A stretch of DNA of 63,720 nt, counting the filler, from Bonamia ostreae (Eukaryota), in the NCBI GenBank assembly GCA_040357525.1. It is 51 parts of 51 records of this genome, joined end to end, with 100 filler letters (N's around TTAATTAATTAA, not from the genome) between each part and the next. Parts side by side here need not be neighbours in the genome. Positions count along the whole stretch, not along the records: positions 58,841 to 59,985 come from JBDODL010002539.1; positions 60,086 to 61,230 come from JBDODL010002540.1; positions 61,331 to 62,475 come from JBDODL010002541.1; positions 62,576 to 63,720 come from JBDODL010002542.1; 47 more parts are not named here. The stretch is one strand, 5' to 3'. The notes below the pieces were generated by a model, which saw nothing but the letters and a program-made list of their open reading frames with translations, did not search any database and was not told where the DNA came from. Made by a program: the position numbers and the translations under genes. Every line of letters begins with the position of its first letter. Position 1 is the first letter of the stretch. Positions 59,231 through 63,720 of this stretch are shown here, in pieces.

Positions 59231-61639
59231 AGATTGTTTCCTAACTCTAAACTATAATGAAGTTTTTCATCAACTGTCACACTCCGTGTCACATTTGTAT
59301 GTGCATTGTAGCAGTTCAATGTTTTCCACAACAACCCTAATAATACGTAATTCATGACAACTCTTCATTACGATGACACGGTTCACACTTTGAACTGAAG
59401 GATTCTTCACGGCAAGTTCATGTACAGAGTGTAACAGTCAATTTCAAGCTCGCTGTTTAATTTCCACATACATTAAGTTATCTTGTATACATTGGCATCA
59501 ATAATACATTATATATAATTTGCTTCATTGCATGTATTTGCGATGTTTTTAATCATCTTTGCAAAATGATTTTAAAACAGTCTTTCCATTACAATGCTAA
59601 CTTTTTGTGACAAGAACCTGAACATCACTGGTTTGAACCTAAGCGCCACGAAAGAGTATAAAACTTTAAGATATTTGTAATATCATTAGATAAGCTACGA
59701 ATTCTATCTTTGAAAATTTGATTACATTAAGTTGTCATTTGTGTGGACATTTCCAACTTTGTTGGAAAATTTCGATGTAAGTAGAAGAATGTTTATATAT
59801 AAGGAACGAGGTAAAAAAAATTATGTCCTGTACTGGAGCATTATCATCTGAGTGTAACAACAAATGGAATTCCACTAGCGTACCATGTGTTAATTATCAT
59901 ACAGTTTTTACGTCTTTTGGGTGGATATCCGTACTATTCTTCACAGTGTTCATTTCGTATTTTACAGTCCCAAATGGTGATCTTGNNNNNNNNNNNNNNN
60001 NNNNNNNNNNNNNNNNNNNNNNNNNNNNNTTAATTAATTAANNNNNNNNNNNNNNNNNNNNNNNNNNNNNNNNNNNNNNNNNNNNATCAGTATTCTTAAT
60101 AAGCATACCGTTACTAAGTACGATTCTTTAAACGGGCATAAAAATAAACAACCAAACGTCTTTCATTGTCTGTTAATGTCAATGCAGAATTAACAATTGT
60201 AACTATTGTAGAATAAAATTATACAAGTGGGATAAGTATATATATATATATATATCTTCTGCAAACGTTAATTCCTGCATTAACAAAGAAAGTATTTTAT
60301 TCTTTAATTTAATGCAAGATTCATACATGAGCCGCTATCAAAGAATGACTTGAACTGGTTAAATAGACGAATTTCACATTCCTAAGAGTTATATCTCTTT
60401 GTCGGTGTAATGCTTATTTTTCTCACTGTATCTTTAGTAACTTACCTGTAAATATTTTAAACCTTTATAGGCTTTCGGAAAAGTTTGTATCGTTCCTACA
60501 TGTATATTGACATAGGTTGGGGTATGAAAGAAAACATAATTAACATACATGTATGTATAGAGATTTAATTTGTAAGAAACTGACCCATAAAGTTAGTAGT
60601 ATTATAGAGGGAAAACAGTAGGTTACGCTGATTGACCCCACCCACAAAGGGAAATAACTTTTGTAAATGTGAAAGTCGTCTATTTGTATCACAAACTTTT
60701 CACATGAAGGACAAATGGTTGCTAAGCAGTAAGCCTTTTACAATTTACAAGTGACAGTCTGAAAGGAAAATTTTAAGCATTGTTTTCTAAAAAGATGGGC
60801 GAATCAAGGTCCATTTCTAATCTTAAGTGATCTTTCTAACATGCATATGACACCCCCCCCCCCCCAACACACACACACATACTCCCCGCTAGACCCACTA
60901 TTGGATGAGTATTCTCTTTACAGTATTCCTGTTTTATGAAATAAATACCTACCAATATATCTGAAACCTGAATATATTGTACACTTAGGCCTACATTTCT
61001 CAAAGTAACTTTGAGTCAAAGGAGCAAAAAGACGACGATGCTCCGCTAGAACTGGTGCAGCTCCTACATTTCCACTATTTGACCTCGATGTTGTGACGGT
61101 ATGGGCATCATCGTGGTGATCTCCAGATGTACATGTAGATCTATATGTACTCAAAAGATTTACAGCCCTCCCCAAAAGCGAGGAGGCTCCCCCTCCTGTG
61201 AGTGCGTTTGCTCTGCCATTTGGAATGAGANNNNNNNNNNNNNNNNNNNNNNNNNNNNNNNNNNNNNNNNNNNNTTAATTAATTAANNNNNNNNNNNNNN
61301 NNNNNNNNNNNNNNNNNNNNNNNNNNNNNNTATATATATATATATACAAGAATTGGTCAACGGTATAACATTTTAGTACTTGGTTCTAGTTTATACTTTA
61401 AAAAATACATTAAAACAGGAATACAATGAATGATTTGCATAAATGGCATAATAAATCAATTCATTTTCAATGACCATCGCTGTACTTATATTGATGATTG
61501 GCATTTACATCCTATACATGTTGCATCATATCTATTTTCAAAAAGACTATTGGTAGTCTACATGTATTCTGTAAGTTTCTGAGTATAAAGTGAGTTACAG
61601 AAATATATGGAGAAGATTGAATAAATGGAATCCACCGAG

Positions 61640-61710
61640 CGCTTGTCAATGGTTGCTGGTCATGGCTTACACATCTCCAGTCGCTTGTCAATGGTTGCTG
61701 GTCATGGCCG
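61640..61710. repeat. Direct duplication, ~43-nt period (CGCTTGTCAATGGTTGCTGGTCATGGC)
   Basis: Two adjacent copies of a 27-nt core. Confidence 0.85.
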
Positions 61711-62575
61711 CTTGGCTTCTTGTGCGGTTCGTGATCGGTATAATTGAGAATTTTAAAATACACGAGGACATGCACTACGGCACTTCAGGCCAACATACTT
61801 CACATCGCAGTTCATGAAAACTATGTCAGCACGAAGCATCACAGTTTACGCCCTCAGGAAATTTATTTTTGATATTTACATTATCTTTTAATTTCTGTCC
61901 GAATTTTCAGTCGTTAAAAAGGGTGTGTTATATCTATCAATATTCATGTGCACAGTGTTTACAAATACAGTACATTCAAGGGGAAATGGTTCTTATTGCA
62001 ATTAGTAAAAGTATCGAAGGCAAAAAACATTTAAATGTAAATCTTTAACGGCGAATGCACTATATATTGGCGAATCCTGAGCGGAGAGATTAAACGCATG
62101 GGTGCCTGGTAGCTGTCTTGAGGCCCCCAGTGGGNNNNNNNNNNTTGACAAAACATGGCGTATATCTTCTAGTGTTTTGAACATATTTATATATAATGTA
62201 CATGTATAAATCTATAAGAATGGGAGGTCGGACGCGCCAGCACTGGATCCGCCACTGCTATATAAGTGGTCATATCAGGTTTTCAGAAGTGGTGCAGCTT
62301 TCCAAAAACAAATTGTGAAAAGAACGTTTTAGACTCCGGCTGGGAGTTTTAAAACCTAATAATTTTCAGGAGGGCAGTTTTTAAACAGTTTTACTGTCTA
62401 TGCAAAATATTCTATAGCTATTCATATATGATAAGAAATTTAATTTCATGTCAGGAATTATACAGAACCACACCCNNNNNNNNNNNNNNNNNNNNNNNNN
62501 NNNNNNNNNNNNNNNNNNNTTAATTAATTAANNNNNNNNNNNNNNNNNNNNNNNNNNNNNNNNNNNNNNNNNNNN

Positions 62576-63230
62576 CATAGTCAATCATATCTTCTAGCAT
62601 CTTCATTGTAGGGATCGGATGGCGTTCTCGTTTCACAGCGGTATTGGCGCGAAACATCTCGATGGAGTTGACACAAATTTGAAGTTCATCATCTTTCTTT
62701 TGGACTTTAACTAGCGGTATCAGAAAAGCTAAGGATTCATTCACCTTCTCGATTATGTCCTTTTCCTCTAGCTCCTTCAGGTACTGCTTTTCTGGCGTTG
62801 ATTGATAAAAGCCTAAGCGGCTGAGGAATAGGTACTATGGTGTCATCAACATGGATATTAAAACAATTTTTAGCTTTCCTATTTTATCGAATATACCTTT
62901 CCTCTGTCCAACAATTGTCAATTTCGGCAGTAAGTGAGGAGATATTGTCTGCACCTCAGTACAAAGAAGCAAGACTCCACGAAAGACCGCAGTATGTTTG
63001 CCGAGCAGTGGAATGTTATCACTTTGAACTACTGTGAACTCGGCATTTACTTTTACATGGTCCATGTTTATCTGTGTTTAATGTCTTTTCCATCTTCAAT
63101 TGATCCATAAGTTAATAATCTTCTTGGGCTCTCTGAAAATTGCATTAAGATTTTGTTGGCACTCAGATATCTTCTTGTTTAGAATATTATACCCAGTGCC
63201 CAACTCAATCAATATTTCCACATACTTCTT
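62576..63230 (-). pseudogene. Decayed Ty3/Gypsy LTR-retrotransposon pol (protease to RT N-terminus)
   Basis: AEFTVV..PLLGK then PLVKVQKKDDELQICV..ANTAVKRERHPIPT, interrupted by stops and frameshifts. Confidence 0.85.
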
Positions 63231-63720
63231 TCAGCCTACTTAAAGTTTTATAAAATACATTAATATTCTAATCTTTAATAGTGGATACAAAGTCATCCTC
63301 TGAAGTGAAACAGTCTCACTGCTTCAATGTATTTATGATCGTAGTCCTTACCTGGTTTTCCTCGTCTGACCAAATGTGTTTCGCACATTTTCGCGAAATG
63401 TCCTTTCTTTCTTTGTTATATGTTTTGTCTTTTGTTATTGTACAATCTTTGGCCACGTGGTTTTTGCATTCACAACGGAATATTATCGTCGATGCCGTAT
63501 AAATTATAATTAGTTTGAGAGTATTCGTTGAGTTTGGTTTTATAGTACCGTCTACATCGTCTCCCATATCCTGTAGGGTATCAAATATTTCCTAGGCATT
63601 GTCACCTGCAGAGTGTAAATATAGCACTCCGTTGTGCCGTGCCCTTAATTCCGGGATCGGTCAAGTAAAAACAAAAGTTTTCTTCCATTTATTCCACCTT
63701 TGTGAAACACTTATATAGTA

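Noticed and set aside
1204-62531. Regularly spaced TTAATTAATTAA palindromes resembling a repeat-spacer array
   Set aside because: Always embedded in fixed N runs between size-sorted, unrelated contigs; an assembly linker, not biology. Adjacency between contigs carries no information.

Overview
This window is not a continuous locus. It is a concatenation of 51 unrelated ~1.15 kb contigs, sorted by decreasing length and joined by 50 artificial spacers (N44-TTAATTAATTAA-N44, stops in all six frames). At least three sources are mixed. (1) About 23-24 gene-dense, very AT-rich contigs come from a unicellular eukaryote with tiny GT-AG introns (19-30 nt). Recognisable genes include MRE11, RAP1, PRA1, UBC9, BOP1, DOP1, PABP, Hsp110, TTI1, a Piwi/Argonaute, RPN2, Snu114, eIF2-alpha, a HECT E3, a WWE-PARP, a BUB1-like pseudokinase and a class II DAHP synthase. 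(2) Repeat-rich, gene-poor contigs look like bivalve (oyster-like) host DNA: Meta/MESC-type and tRNA-derived SINEs, MEGF- and VWDE-like exons, a decayed Gypsy pol and satellites. (3) One contig is prokaryotic/phage-like. By inference this is an oyster sample carrying a protist parasite (a haplosporidian such as Bonamia is a candidate; untested). The most striking observations are in the protist. RAP1 and PRA1 lie head-to-head with start codons overlapping in a single CATG. Its introns have A-rich rather than pyrimidine-rich 3' ends, and the longer ones are built from hairpins or tandem multimers of an intron-sized unit. All gene models were spliced by hand and all family calls rest on recalled motifs; no database search was run.
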